DNA of 64,000 nucleotides from Dictyostelium discoideum. Its lineage: Eukaryota. Below, piece after piece: positions 36,585-49,718 of this stretch (positions are counted from its first letter, which is position 1; every line of letters begins with the position of its first letter). A program made the position numbers and the translations under genes. The notes beneath the pieces are model-generated. The model worked only from the letters and a program-made list of their open reading frames with translations, had not been told where the DNA came from and did no database searches. The DNA lies in the NCBI GenBank assembly GCA_000004695.1, contig CM000154.2:928001-992000 (forward strand), read 5' to 3'.

Positions 36585-39500
36585 TTGAATCAATAATAGT
36601 TTTTGAACAAATTGTTGATAAAGTTGATAATGAACCTAATAAAGAATCTTTACCAGGATAAGTTCTACCTTTAAGACCTTGAACAATTAAATTTAAAATC
36701 ATTGGTAAATGAGTATCAATCATATTTCTAATATCATCGGTTAAACTTGATAAACATAAAGCAGCTTGTTCCTTTGTTGACCAAGTACCACTATTCATAT
36801 TGGTAGTGATTAATTTTATAATTTCATCAGAATATAATTTAATTGAACCAATTGAATTATCATCCCAAATTGATTTATATAGTTCAGAGATTTCTTTCTT
36901 TGGATGTGATTTATAGAAATAAAGGAATGGTATAACATCAACATTGAAATTTGAAATCTTTGAAGGACAATTCTTGAATAACTCTTTATAGATCGTACCA
37001 ACTATTATTAAATTATCTTCCAATTGTAATGGATCAGAATCTGCTGATACTAAACTTGAAATTCTATCTAAAAGTTGACCCATTAGCTTGGTTGGTGATT
37101 TCGAAAGAATATGTGAGAGAGCAACAATGAAATGTTTTCTAATGGTTGGTGATTTATCAATGACAGAAGGGAACATTGTGTTAATCAACTTTGTTAGGGA
37201 TTGTTCTGGTAAATCATTGATTGGTGCAGTTTTCGATTGGAATAAAGCCCCAATGAATTTAGCAACACCAACTCTGGTGATAATACCAACACTAAATTGT
37301 ACCAATTGATTGAGATTTGCCAATACTTGAGTAATATTTGAATCGTCGATATAACGTTGACAAACTTCTAAAATATCATTTAATGGTGAAGTTTTTGAGA
37401 TTTCAACTCTCATAGATTCCAATTGTTCTTGTGAAACGTTCATTGATTCAGCATGAAAACTTGCATAATTGAAACTTGCAGGCTCTAAACTACTCAACGA
37501 TTCCAATAGCACAGTGATCATATCGGGTATGTATGGAGTTAGCAATTGTTTTGAACTCTTTGAAATTCTAACCAATTGTTTAATTGAGAATTGTTTGACC
37601 TCGTTGGAATCATTTGAAATACCTTTGTTAAGTATGAATGGTAAGATCAACTTCAATACCTCTTTGGCTTTACTTGGTGAAGTATAGGCAGGATCACATA
37701 AACGAGCTGAAACATTACCAATTGATTTCATTGAAACTTCTGCTGCCTTTCTAACAGATTCTTTTATATCATCCAATGTTCTGAAACTCATAAAGAATAT
37801 CTCCTCCAAATAGGGTAAAATCTGTTCTGGTGTTGCATTTTGAATTGTATCAGGAATGGCGGAACAACTTGCCTCTCTAACTCTCCAAGCAGTTGTACCC
37901 ATACCTTGTAAGACCTCTTTTAATATCGGTTGGAAATATTGTGGGAATAAATCTTTTTGATCGATTAATGCATTAAGAATACTCTTCATTGAAGCGGCCA
38001 TCTTTGGATTTGGATCATAAACGAATCTATAGATCTTTGGAATTAATGATGGTAGCAATGGAGCCAACTCATCCTTTGCTTTGGATGCCAATGATACGAT
38101 TGCAAATGATGCACCTTTCTTTGAATTCCAAATTTGGTGATGAGTTGATAAATTCATCAACTTATAGACCATATCAGGTTTACCAAGATCATTGGCAACG
38201 GATGTTAACTCCTTATAGGTCAACGCTGACCCAGTTTTATTACCACCATTAATTGTACCCTCTGGTAAGAGTTCAGTTGAACCAGGTGCTTTTTGAGTTG
38301 GTTTACCACTTAATGTTTTACCAAGATTTGATACTAAAAATTCTTTAAACTTTGGATCAATTGATGAATCATAAACCAATGTTATACCTTTGGATGCAAC
38401 ATCTTGAGTTAATTCATTATTATCAGATAACAATGAAATGAAACCATTTTGAATCAAAGGTAATTGTGGTTGTACAAATGGTAATTTACCAAAATTCTTT
38501 AATAAACATACCATCCAAATACCAGCTGAACATCTTGTAATTGGTGATTGTCTATCTGAAAAATAATTTGTTAAAATTCTATCAAATGTTTTAATAATAT
38601 TTTTACTTTCATCATCACCACCATCATCATCATTTCCTGAATTATTATTATTATCATCATCAATTAACATATTTGATTGACTACCTAAAAATTCAATTTC
38701 TTTTCTTTTTTCAGATAAAATTTCTTCAGTTGAAAATGGTGAAAAAGGGAAAATTGATTGTTTCATTTTATGACCACCAATAATTAATGATAAAGTTTCG
38801 CCAATTGTAAATTGCATCTCTTCATTTTTATTATTTACCAATTCAAAGAGAGAATCTACAACTTTTTCTTTAAATTCTTTTGAATCATTATCACTATCAC
38901 CAAAACAAATCCAACCCAATGCTTGAATTGAACCCTCTGCTAAATTTCTTTCACTTGATGCAGTTGATTTAACCAATTGAATTAGCTTTGAAATGATTTT
39001 TAATTTCTCATCCAATGTTGAAAATGGCAATGATTTATAAACACCAACTAAACCAATCGATTGAACTGTACATAATTTAATTGCTTGATTATTATGATCA
39101 ATGAATCTTTCAAATATTAAATTTATAAATTTCTTTACCACACTTTCTTGATTGATTTTTTCAGATTGTTGTTTTCTATTGAAATTTGAAATCATTGATG
39201 CCAATGATAACATTGAACCATAAACTTCGATTACATCATTATCAAACTCAACCTTTTTCATGAACTGATTAATTAATTCATCCAATTTCTCTTTATTAAA
39301 ATAAAAACTAATTAAACCAATCATTTTAGAATAAAGATCTTTAAATAGTGGTTTTGAAGATTGAATTAACTTTTCAATTAAACCTAATTTCGCTGGTGAT
39401 TGAGCAAATTGTTCAATGACTTGTTCATCTAAATTCATAAGATCCAATAATGAAGTTGAACTAACCAAAGCAACTTCATCACCAATTTTACTTTGTAAAC

Positions 39501-41034
39501 CAATTTCAATGAATGATAAATACTTTTCAATGCTATCTTTATCTAAGCTATCCATTACGTATTGTGATGTAGTTTGGCCATTTAATAATGCTGATTTTCT
39601 TAAACACTTTCTTAACAACTCCAACATATTCTCATAAGACATTGCAGAGAATCCAATTTGTAATCCACCTTGAAAGTATTTTGATTTACCACCACCACCA
39701 GAACCTGTATTTGATTTTATCAACTCTTCACGACGGTCAATTATATAATTTAATAATGATTTAAAATCTGGATAAATTTGTTTTGATTCTTCAATCGTTG
39801 GTGGAATCATCATATTACCTTGATGTTGGTATGGTTCTAAGCCTCTCTTTGCTTCCTCTCTAATGTCAGGTCTTGAATCACCACTGAAAATCAAACTGAT
39901 ATAACGTGATCTAATATCTTGAAATGGGAAACAATGTTGTGCCCATTGAAGACATATCGTACGGATTTGATATTCACTATTTTCATAACCATGTACAAAT
40001 GAATTTAAAATACTAATTAACTGATCACCAATCTCTTTAGATGGCTCGATGAACGCTTCTCTCATCATAACTAGTGAATCTTGAATTGATATTGCCACCA
40101 TTGACTCTTCGGTGGTGACTTTTCTCATTAGCTTACCAATCAATTGAATATCGTTCTTGAATAGATCCTTATTACGTTTACATAATAAACCCAAAGACAT
40201 ATAGGTAAATGATTTCAATTCATTAACCTCTTTACTTGTACTACCGGAATTCTCCAACTCATCGATTAACTTTAACAAACCAGAGAAAATCACAGGACCC
40301 ATAGTTGATAACTGTTGATCTGATGAATGTCTAAATACCCATTGAACAAATATCATTGCCGATTGCTTCAATTTCATTGTTGTTGATGAGCCATAAATAC
40401 TATCAAATATAACATGTAATGTCAACGAGAATTGGTTTGCTGCTACAATCGATTTACAAAAGTATTGTAAAATTCTTTCTTTAAGAATTGGTGATGCTTC
40501 TTGTCTTCTTTGATCTAATGGTATTTCAGGTTGAGTCTGTTGTTGTTGTTGTTGTTGTTGTGATTGTTTTTTTGAAGCAATAGCTTGTGAACCTAAAAAT
40601 ATTGAATACATTTGTTCAATCAATTCACTATTCTCAAATTTAACTTTTGATAATCTTTTTATGAAATCTTCAGCTTTCTTTTGAACCTCTTGAAAATTTG
40701 AATCAACCGATGCAACCAAGAAATGTAAGAATATATCATTCTCTTGTTGAATCACTCCACTTGATAATACATTCAATATTGCTAATTTCCTTTCATTCAA
40801 TTGATTGAAATCATACTTATTCAATTGTTTACCCATTATTCTTTGTAATGATACAGAACTATGACATGGTGGTATACCACCAACGATTGCCTTACTTTGT
40901 GCTTCTGGTGGTGGTGTTATTAAAAAATCAAAAAAGAATGATAATATAATTTTACTCTCTTTTTCATTTCTTAAAAATTCAAATAATTCATTCTTTTCTT
41001 TTTCATTCTTTGGAATTTGAACTGAAATTAATAT
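35824..41034 (-). CDS. Proteasome adaptor ECM29 homolog (HEAT/ARM-repeat; about 1878 aa in total), exon 2 of 2
   Basis: Long HEAT-repeat ORF, 1670 aa from its internal Met, that extends in frame upstream to the acceptor aaaaaaag at 41035-41036. The region following the exon-1 homology (...GGIPPCHSSVSLQRMGKQLNKYDFNQLNERKLAILNVL) is collinear with human ECM29 (GIPQPPPGMS...EQCKLGIVKF). Confidence 0.8.
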
Positions 41035-41107
41035 CTTTTTTTAAAAAATAAAAAATAAAAAATAAAAAAATAAAATTAATAATAAAGAAATGATAATAAA
41101 GAAATGA

Positions 41108-41138
<31 letters not shown>

Positions 41139-41147
41139 AATACATAC

Positions 41148-41573
41148 AGATAAAATTATATGACAAAATATATCTTGATGTAATGATTGTAATTTATTAA
41201 TATCCTTTGTAATTTGAGAAAGAAATGGAACTTTTGAAGTTGGTGATAAAGTTTTAAAACCTTTTTCAATATAAATGATTGCAAAGTTCTTAACCATCAT
41301 TGATTTCTCTTCATTATGATAAAGTGATAAAAGTTTGTCAATTGGAAATTGAATATTTGAAGTTACCATGGATCTCTTGTTTATATTGCTTAATACTTCC
41401 ATAACTTTCTTTTTAACTAATTCATCATTATAATTTAATTTCTCTATAATTACATCTAAATATGATTCCAAAAATTTTTCAAATGATGTTTCTGTATCAA
41501 TTAATGCGAATCTAAATAAAATATTATTTAATTCTTTTATAATTTCATTTGGTTGAAATGTTGTTGTTGTCAT
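41148..41573 (-). CDS. ECM29 homolog, exon 1 of 2
   Basis: The run from MTTTTFQPNEIIKELNNILFRFALIDTETSFEKFLESYLDVIIEKLNYNDELVKKKVMEVLSNINKR to FAIIYIEKGF matches the ECM29 N-terminus (RVFLRLALADSDEKLQ...GVRKKVMELLVHLNKRIK...FTIIYVKMGY). Donor GTATGT at 41147. Confidence 0.8.
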
Positions 41574-41695
41574 TATTATATAAAAATAATAATATAAATA
41601 TAAATATATATATATAAAAAGTAATAAAAATAAAAAAAAAAAAATATAAAAAAAAAAAAAAAACAAATTTATGTATATAAACTGCCAATATTAAG

Positions 41696-41732
<37 letters not shown>

Positions 41733-42395
41733 AAAAAAAAGAAAAAAAAATTTTAATTTAAGTTGAACATCACAAAAAATTAAAAAATAAAATAAAAATT
41801 AAATTAAATTAAATTAAAATTTTTTAAAAAATATAAAAAATAAAAAAAAATTAAAAAAAAAATTCAATTATAACACAACTAATTATGATCACTTAAAATT
41901 TTTTTTATTTTTAATCTTAATTAACTAAAAAATATATGTAAAAAGATTTCCATATAAAATACAAAAATTTATTTTAAAAAAATTTTCATTTAATTTGGTT
42001 TCCGATTCATCAATTCCCAAAAAAAAACAAAAAAATTAAAAAAAAAAAATTAAAAAAAAAACAAAATAAAAAATAAAATAAAAAATAAAAAAAAATAAAA
42101 AAAAAAAATAATAAATAAATTAAAAACAATGAATAGTTTAAAAAAAAATTTTTTTTTCACTTATTTGTAAAGACCCCTTTTTCAAACACACAATTTTAAA
42201 CAAATAATAAAAAAAATACAAAAAAAAAAAAAAAAAAAACAAAAAAACAGAAAAAAAAAAAAAAAAAAAGTTCATATAAATTATTTGTATATAATCAAAC
42301 TATAGAGATCAATAGTAATTTAACATAAAAAAAATAAAAAAATAAAAAAATAAAAATAAAAAAGAAAAAATAAAAAAGAAAAAAGAAAAAAAAAA

Positions 42396-42587
42396 ATGGG
42401 AACAGGTTCATCAAGAGAACAACATTTAAATAGTTTTAATACATTACAAAAAGAAACTGTACCATTTTCATCAGATTTGTGGAAAACAATTCTTTCACAA
42501 AATCTTGAAGATGATTCTTTGTATCTTGAAAATTTAAAAAAATTAAAAAATGAAAGACCTGAGAATCTAGCAACTTTTATAAAAAAA
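42396..42587 (+). CDS. HID1 (Dymeclin-related, HID-1 family) homolog, exon 1 of 4. N-terminal MGTGSS suggests N-myristoylation.
   Basis: MGTGSSREQ...ENLATFIKK aligns with human HID1 MGSTDSK...SNLATLCYKAVEKL. Donor GTAAGA at 42588. Confidence 0.75.
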
Positions 42588-42694
42588 GTAAGAGATTTAA
42601 AAAAAAAAAAAATAAAAAAATAAACAAATAAATAAAATAAAAAAAAAAAAAAATATCTTCTAATTTTTTTTTTTTTTTTCTATTAAAATTTTAG

Positions 42695-43921
42695 TTAGTA
42701 AATCAATTAGTATTAGTAAAAGGTTTACAAAGAGAAACTAATACACCTGGTGATTTTCAATTAACTTCTATATCATTATCTTACTTATCAAGAATTTTAC
42801 CAATTGTATTCGAAAGTGGAGATGATTTCGCTGATAAAGTCTTTTGGTTAAATGAAGGTATTGAACCATTATCACATCCATCTGCAAAAATCTCAACCCC
42901 TCCTTCAATAACAACAACAAAAACCACTGAAATAATAGAAGAACAAGAAAAAAAAGATCAAGAAAATAAACAAGTTGAAGAGAACAAAGAAAATGAAGAA
43001 AAAAAAGATGAAGAAAAAAAAGATGAAGAAAAAAAAGATGAAGAAAAAAAAGATGAAGATAAAAAAGAAAATAAAACAACAACTACCACAACCACAACCA
43101 ATACTACTAATAATACAAATAATAATAATAATTCTGATGAATCATCATTTGATACAACACCGTTGGCAGTTAAATTAATGGATAGTTTATTAGATTTATT
43201 ATTTTTCCCAGGATTTACAGTTACTGAATCATTAGGTTTAAAGTCTCCAAAGGAAGCATCACCAGATGCAATACCAGTATTATTTAGTTGGGCCGGTGGA
43301 TTTGGTGTTGATAGTGTCCCAACCGTTCATAATAAACAATTTTGGATAAATCGTTTATCAGTATTACAATGTTTAATCACTTGTTTATCTGAACAATTGT
43401 ACGTACCACAAGATTCTGTTTCAACATTCAAAAGTAAATGGTTAGATTGGATAACTCATACTCAAGAATATTATACTGAAGCATTGTTATTCTCTTTAAT
43501 CAATACATTTGCAACATTTGATCCAATAGGTTGGGGTATTCCATACAATCACTTAATGTATTCAGATGATCATGAAATTTGTTCAAAATTATCAATTCAA
43601 ATTTTAAATGTACTTTTAACATATGATCCAATTGAAAATAATGATCAACAACCACAACAACAGCATCATCATCATCAACAACAACATCATCAACAACAAC
43701 AACAACAACAACAATCAACAATTGAATGTAGAAATAAATTTATTCAATATATAAAAACATTGAAAAGAGTTAGAGATTTTAAATTCTTTTTTAATGCATT
43801 TGAAAGAATTATGAATGTTCCATTAATTGCAAGTCATACAAAATTACCAAATTCAACTAAAAAAATAGAACTTCATCAAGATTTAACCTATACAATGTGG
43901 TTATTCCTTTCATATAATCAT
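42695..43921 (+). CDS. HID1 homolog, exon 2 of 4
   Basis: LVNQLVLVKGLQ...YLSRILPIVFESGDDFADKVFWLNEG aligns with HID1 LLTRVLPYIFEDPDWRGFFWST. Contains a 15-bp (gaagaaaaaaaagat)x4 repeat giving (EEKKD)n and a poly-T/N tract. It is an open frame with no ATG and ends at the GTATGT donor at 43922. Confidence 0.7.
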
Positions 43922-43989
43922 GTATGTTTTATTATTTAATTATATAATTTGAACTATTATTTGTATTATTTAATTTATATTAATATTAT

Positions 43990-44029
<40 letters not shown>

Positions 44030-44046
44030 TTAATAATTTCTAAAAG

Positions 44047-45128
44047 GATTTTTTAAGATCAATTGTTAATTATGAAAATTCACCAGAATTTTTAATACCA
44101 TTATTACAATATATGGATGAAGGTAGAAAAAGTCAAACAACACATGGTATAGTTCAAATTGGTACATTTATTTTATTACTTTTAAGTGGTGAAAGAGATT
44201 TCTCAATATCATTGAATAAGCCATTCGTTGGTCGTATTCATATTGATATTCAACAACCTCAAGTTTATTCAGATTTTGTTATCACTGTTATGTATAGATT
44301 ATTGGTCGATACACCAGATCGTTTAGAGAGTATATATGAATGTGTTTTAACGATCCTTTCAAATCTATCACCCTACATGAAGAATCTTTCAATGGTAACT
44401 TGTGTCAAATTGATGAAACTCTTTGAATATCTATCAACTCCAAGATTCTTATTCGCAACAAATCATAACTATCGTTATGTTGGCTTCTTATTGGAATCAT
44501 TGAATAATCTATTACAACATCAATATGAAAGTAACACTCGTTTAATCTATGCAATTCTTAGATGCCAAAATCAATTCTCAAAATTGGCTTACCTTAAAAT
44601 TAGTCCTGTAACCCCTTCAAAACCAATGGAGCAAATCACTCAACCATCACCAATTTCAACCAGTGAAGAAGCATTTGGTAAATTAAATAAACTTTCAATT
44701 TCTGAAGAACCATCAACATTATCAAATGAAAAATCTGATAAAACTACTGATGGTGGTGATCATCAAGATGAATCAATTTCAAAGTCAAAGGTTCAAAGTA
44801 AACCAACTACTGAACATCCAAATAGTACTGGTGCAACACCATCCTCAACAAATTCAGGAACACCAACTATCAAAGCTTTTTCAAGTACAACACCAAATCA
44901 AGAATCACCAAAATTGGGTGGTGATGGTATAGACTCTCAATCATCCACTCCAAATAAACAACAACTACCTCCACCACCACCACAACAAACAAAGAAAACC
45001 CAAATGGTATCTCATTTCATGCCAACTGATGAATGGTTACAAGATATTAAAAAACAATTACCATTAGATAATATCTTAAAAGTTATAACTCATTTATCAC
45101 CACAAATTCAAGGTTTATGCACTGGTTC
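44047..45128 (+). CDS. HID1 homolog, exon 3 of 4
   Basis: Acceptor ctaaaag at 44045-44046, then DFLRSIVNYENSPEFLIPLLQYMDEG... in frame with ORF 44113..45132. Donor GTAAGT at 45129; phase 2. Confidence 0.7.
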
Positions 45129-45228
45129 GTAAGTTAAAATTAAAATTTTTTTTTTTTTTTAGATTTTTTTATTATTACCCTTCTAACATTTTTTCATTTT
45201 TATACAAAAAAAAAAAAAATATTAAAAG

Positions 45229-45445
45229 GGGATCTGACGAACAAAAAATCATGGACTACTTGAAAATGTCAACAATTGTTGGCATTTTCCATAACCCAGG
45301 TCCAATAATGACTCGTCGTTATCATTCAAATGCTATTACAAAATCTTGGTTCATTGCATACATGTGGTGTATCATTTATTTAGAAAATCATTCACCTCCA
45401 TTATTCCTTCACACAAATATTAAATTATTCCAAGTTAAACAATAA
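45229..45445 (+). CDS. HID1 homolog, exon 4 of 4 (C-terminus)
   Basis: PGPIMTRRYHSNAITKSWFIAYMWCIIYLENHSPPLFLHTNIKLFQV matches the conserved HID1 C-terminus (...WFRTYMWGVIYLRN..PP....DT.VKLFEIQ). Acceptor ttaaaag; tc+g gives Ser. Confidence 0.7.
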
Positions 45446-45741
45446 AAATAAAAAAGAAAAAAAAGAAATAAAGAAAAAAAAAATTTTAAATAAAAGTAAA
45501 TAAAATTCAATTAATTGGTACAAACTTGCTCCTTTTATTTTCTATTATTTTTTTTTTTAGTTAAAGTCATCGTTATAACAAGTAAATGCTTATTTTACCT
45601 TTATTTTTATTCTTTTTTTTATTTTTTTATTTTCATTATTTCAAAAGATTTTTGGTTTATAAAATATTGTTTTGTTTTTTTTAAAATGTAAAAATATTAA
45701 AAATTAATCTATTATAATAATAAATAAATAATGATAATTTA

Positions 45742-45850
<109 letters not shown>

Positions 45851-45986
45851 TTTGTTTAAAAATTAATTTTATACCAAAATATAATTTTCAAAGAAACTAA
45901 TTAATAAATAGAGAAAAAAGTAATAAAAATCCGAAGTGACATGTAATTTTTGCTTAAACATAAAATTTAATTTAATTTTAAAATTT

Positions 45987-46021
<35 letters not shown>

Positions 46022-46124
46022 AATTTTTATTTTTTTTTTTTTGTATAAATATAGATTTTTTTTTTTTTTTTTTAAAAAAAAAACATTATTTTTATTAATA
46101 AAAATAGTAGAGTAAAAGAATAAA

Positions 46125-46329
46125 ATGACATCTGAAAAGCCAAAAGAATTCCAAGATAAATTTGGAACTGTAGGAAAATCTTATAAAACCTTTAGACCAA
46201 CTTACACTGAAGAACTTTATTCAATTATTGATTCTTATTGTGACTCAAAAAGAGATCTTGCAATTGATTGTGGATGTGGATCAGGCCAAGCAACTGTCAA
46301 ATTAGCCAAATACTTTAAAAAAGTCATTG
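46125..46329 (+). CDS. SAM-dependent methyltransferase (Methyltransf_11-like; 259 aa in total), exon 1 of 3
   Basis: LAIDCGCGSGQATVKLAKYFKKVIG is SAM-binding motif I (xDxGCGxG). Donor GTAAGT at 46330; phase 1. Confidence 0.8.
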
Positions 46330-46355
46330 GTAAGTTTTTTTTTTAAAAAAAAAAA

Positions 46356-46452
46356 AATAAAATAAAATAAAATAAAATAAAATAAAATAAAATAAAATAA
46401 AATAAAATAAAATAAAATAAAATAAAATAAAATAAAATAAAATAAAATAAAA
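46356..46452. repeat. (ATAAA)n pentanucleotide repeat, about 19 units, within methyltransferase intron 1
   Basis: Directly visible. Its antisense yields the phantom ORF 46302..46496 ((ILFYF)n). Confidence 0.95.
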
Positions 46453-46481
46453 TTCTTCCAAATATTCATAAATTCTTTTAG

Positions 46482-46744
46482 GATTTGAACCATCACAAGG
46501 TCAAATTGAAAATGCAGTAAAAACAGAAAATGTAGATTTTAGATTATCTCCAGCTGAAAAAATTGATTTACCAAGTGGTTCAGTTGATTTAATTACTGTA
46601 GCAACTGCAGTTCATTGGTTTGATTTACCAGTATTTTATCAAGAAGCAAAAAGATTGCTTAGAGATAATGGATCTTTGATCCTCTTTACAACTGGTTTCA
46701 TCCAAATTCTTAACAATGATGAAGCTCAAAAAATTAATGATAAC
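46482..46744 (+). CDS. SAM-dependent methyltransferase, exon 2 of 3
   Basis: Acceptor tttag at 46479-46481, then (G)FEPSQGQIENA...VDLITVATAVHWFDLPVFYQEAKRLLRDNGSLIL (post-I and motif II/III-like). Donor GTAATT at 46745. Confidence 0.75.
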
Positions 46745-46881
46745 GTAATTTATTATTTACTTTTACTACTATTTTTTTTTTTTTAACTTTTATTCCTTTT
46801 TTTATTTCTTTTTATTTTATTTCTTTTTTAAATTTTATAGATTTAATTTTTTTAAAATTTTTATAAACTAAATTAAACTAA

Positions 46882-46919
<38 letters not shown>

Positions 46920-46923
<4 letters not shown>

Positions 46924-47231
46924 GTTCTGGAACTCTTGGAGATTATTGGGCACCAATAGTAAAGTATGTTATTGATGGTTATGTTGATATTAAACCACCA
47001 TTTGAAAATGTTGAAAGAAAAACAATTTCATTACCAAAATTAATGTCAGTAAATGATGTGATTGGTATTTATTCATCATGGTCAGGTTATGCATCATTCA
47101 TTAAAGCTGGAAACAATGATGTTTTACCAGGAGTAAAAGAAAACTTAATGAGTGCTTTCAAAACAACTGATCCTAATGCAGAAATTGTTGAAACTAATTT
47201 CCCAGTTTACATGGTTTTATCTAAAAAATAA
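46920..47231 (+). CDS. SAM-dependent methyltransferase, exon 3 of 3
   Basis: Acceptor a(n)ag at 46918-46919, then FRSGTLGDYWAPIVKYVIDG... continuous with ORF 47043..47231. Confidence 0.75.
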
Positions 47232-47337
47232 AAACAATAATAATAATAATAATAAATAAAAATTATTAAACACAATCATTATACAATAATATTTTTAATT
47301 TTATTTCAATATTTCCTTTTATTATTATAATTATACG

Positions 47338-47376
<39 letters not shown>

Positions 47377-47394
47377 TTTTAAAAAAAAAATACC

Positions 47395-48150
47395 CTATAA
47401 AGTTTTTAAGAAATTTTGGAAATCATTATTAAATTCATCAATTTCTTTTTTTAAAAAAACACCTTCATCAATTAAATCCTTTTCATCTTTACATCTATCT
47501 ATCAAAAGCATACATTTAGTTTTCATTTGTTCAATAGATAATTTATCATTTTCAATTCTTGTTTTTTCTATACCACATTTTTTAATGCTTTCATCCAATA
47601 ATTGTTCTTGAGCTTTTAATAAACTAATTTTACTTGTTAATTGACTTTCTTGACTTCTAAAACTATCCAATTGTGGTTGTAAATCATCAACTTCTGTTTG
47701 TTTTTGAGTGATTTGTTGATTATTATAATCAATTTTTGAGGATAACTCTTTAATGTTATTGGTGAAAAATCTTATTGAATCATTGATTGCTGATCCAATT
47801 GGATTGAAAATATGTGATAAGATAGTTTGAACATCTAATTTTGGCATTTGTTCTTGGATTTTTCTTTTATCATCTTCAATTTCCTGGTTCATTGAATTGA
47901 TATCATTTCTTAAATCATTAAGTTCACTTTGTAAACCAGATTCTTTTTTTTCAACATCTCCCAATCGATTTCTTGTTTCTTGGAGTCTTTCTTCAGTTTC
48001 ATAATTATCTTGGGTTAATCTTTTTAATTGATCAATGAGATTTTGAATTGTAATATCATCATCTTTAATTAAATTACTATAATTATCTGATAGTGAAACT
48101 AGGACATCATAATTACAATTTAATTGTTGAATTGATTGTGCAATATCCAT
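47395..48150 (-). CDS. Coiled-coil protein of unknown function (251 aa)
   Basis: Clean ORF with heptad-rich, Q/E/K/L-rich sequence and no low-complexity runs. Convergent with the methyltransferase gene. Confidence 0.6.
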   Translation of the reverse strand: MDIAQSIQQLNCNYDVLVSLSDNYSNLIKDDDITIQNLIDQLKRLTQDNYETEERLQETRNRLGDVEKKESGLQSELNDLRNDINSMNQEIEDDKRKIQEQMPKLDVQTILSHIFNPIGSAINDSIRFFTNNIKELSSKIDYNNQQITQKQTEVDDLQPQLDSFRSQESQLTSKISLLKAQEQLLDESIKKCGIEKTRIENDKLSIEQMKTKCMLLIDRCKDEKDLIDEGVFLKKEIDEFNNDFQNFLKTL

Positions 48151-49381
48151 TTTTTATTTTTATTTTATTTTTTTAATTATTGTTTTTTTTTAATTATTAA
48201 AAAAATACAAAAAATATTTATTCTTTAAATAGAATTTTTTGTCACAGTAAAAAAAAAAAAAAATAAAAAAGAAATAATTATTAATTAAAAATTTAAAAAA
48301 AAATTTACCACTATCAGTTATTTTTAAACTGATTGTGGGGTAATGTTCAGTTATTTTTGTAAAGTGGTGTTTTTATATTTTTTAATTTATTGCATTGGAA
48401 GAAAGGTTTTAATATTTGCTTTATTTTTTTTTTTTTAATTTTAATACCATTTTTTTATTTTTTTATTTTTTTTAATCAATTTTGAAAATTATTGAAAAAC
48501 TATAATTATCATTTGATTACTTTGAAAAAATTTCTTTTTGGTTTGATTTTCCTATAAATAGAATTTTATCGATATCTGAAAAAAAAAAAAAAAACCACCT
48601 TCATTTGAAAAACTGATTGGTGCATTGGTTATTTTTGTAAATAAAAAAAAAAAAAAAAAAAATTAAATTTTGCATTTATTTTGAATTTTATTTTATTTTA
48701 TTTTTTATTTTTATTTATTAATTTCTAAAATAGTTAAAAATCAGATTGGCAAGATATAATATATTAATAATATAATCATCAATAAAGAATATCAAAAAAT
48801 GAAATTAAAATTTTTTTTTTTCTTTTTAACATTGATTTTATTTTTTTTTTTTTTTTTGTGGATTTAGCATTGATAAATAAAGCAATCAAAAATACACAAT
48901 GATATTTTCAATATATAAAACATAAAAAATGAATGCAATCATTCTGTTTATTTATTTTTTTTTTTTTGTCAAAATTTTATTTAGAATTTATTTAATATTA
49001 ATATTCATTTTTATTATATAAAAATTGATTAAATTTGAAGCTTATTTAATTAAATTGTTTTATTTTTTATTTTTCTTTTATTTTTTTAAATTTCATTTTT
49101 TCAAACATTCAAATTTGACATTAAATAAATAAAAAATTAGAATTTTATCAAACCAATTTTTTTTTTTTTTTTTTTTTTTATCCATTTTTTTATTACTCTC
49201 TTTGTTGCCCAAAATGAAAAAACATTCACAAAAACAACAAAAAATTAATGACTAATAATTAACTTCAAAAAATAAAATTTTGATTAGGAAAAAAATAAAA
49301 TAAAAACAATTTATTTTATTTTCTCTTTTGGTTCTATTTTTTTATTTTTTATTCTCAGATTTTTATAAAATCTATAATTAA

Positions 49382-49414
<33 letters not shown>

Positions 49415-49718
49415 GACGTGGTTTCAAATTATAATTTTCATGTTTTTATTTTTTGATTAAATATTTTGCGTGGCTTTTTTATTTTTTTTTATTCGTTCAC
49501 CACATGCACAGCTAACATAGCTAAACAGTCAACACTTTCATTTTATTTCCCCATTTTCTCACCAACAACAAAATACTATAAAATGAAAAAAATAAATAAA
49601 AAAAATATTAATTCATTTGAAAATAAAACAAATAAAAAAAACAAATAAAAAACAAATAAAACACAAATTTATAAATAAATTCATTATATATAATATAATT
49701 AAAATAAAATAAAATAAA

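Noticed and set aside
36816-39637. Several 60-90-aa ORFs on both strands
   Set aside because: They are nested within or antisense to the ECM29 CDS.
42768-43178. ORFs encoding (LHLFF)n and (MKKKK)n
   Set aside because: Alternative frames of the 15-bp (EEKKD)n repeat inside HID1 exon 2.
46302-46496. (ILFYF)n ORF
   Set aside because: Antisense of the intronic (ATAAA)n repeat.
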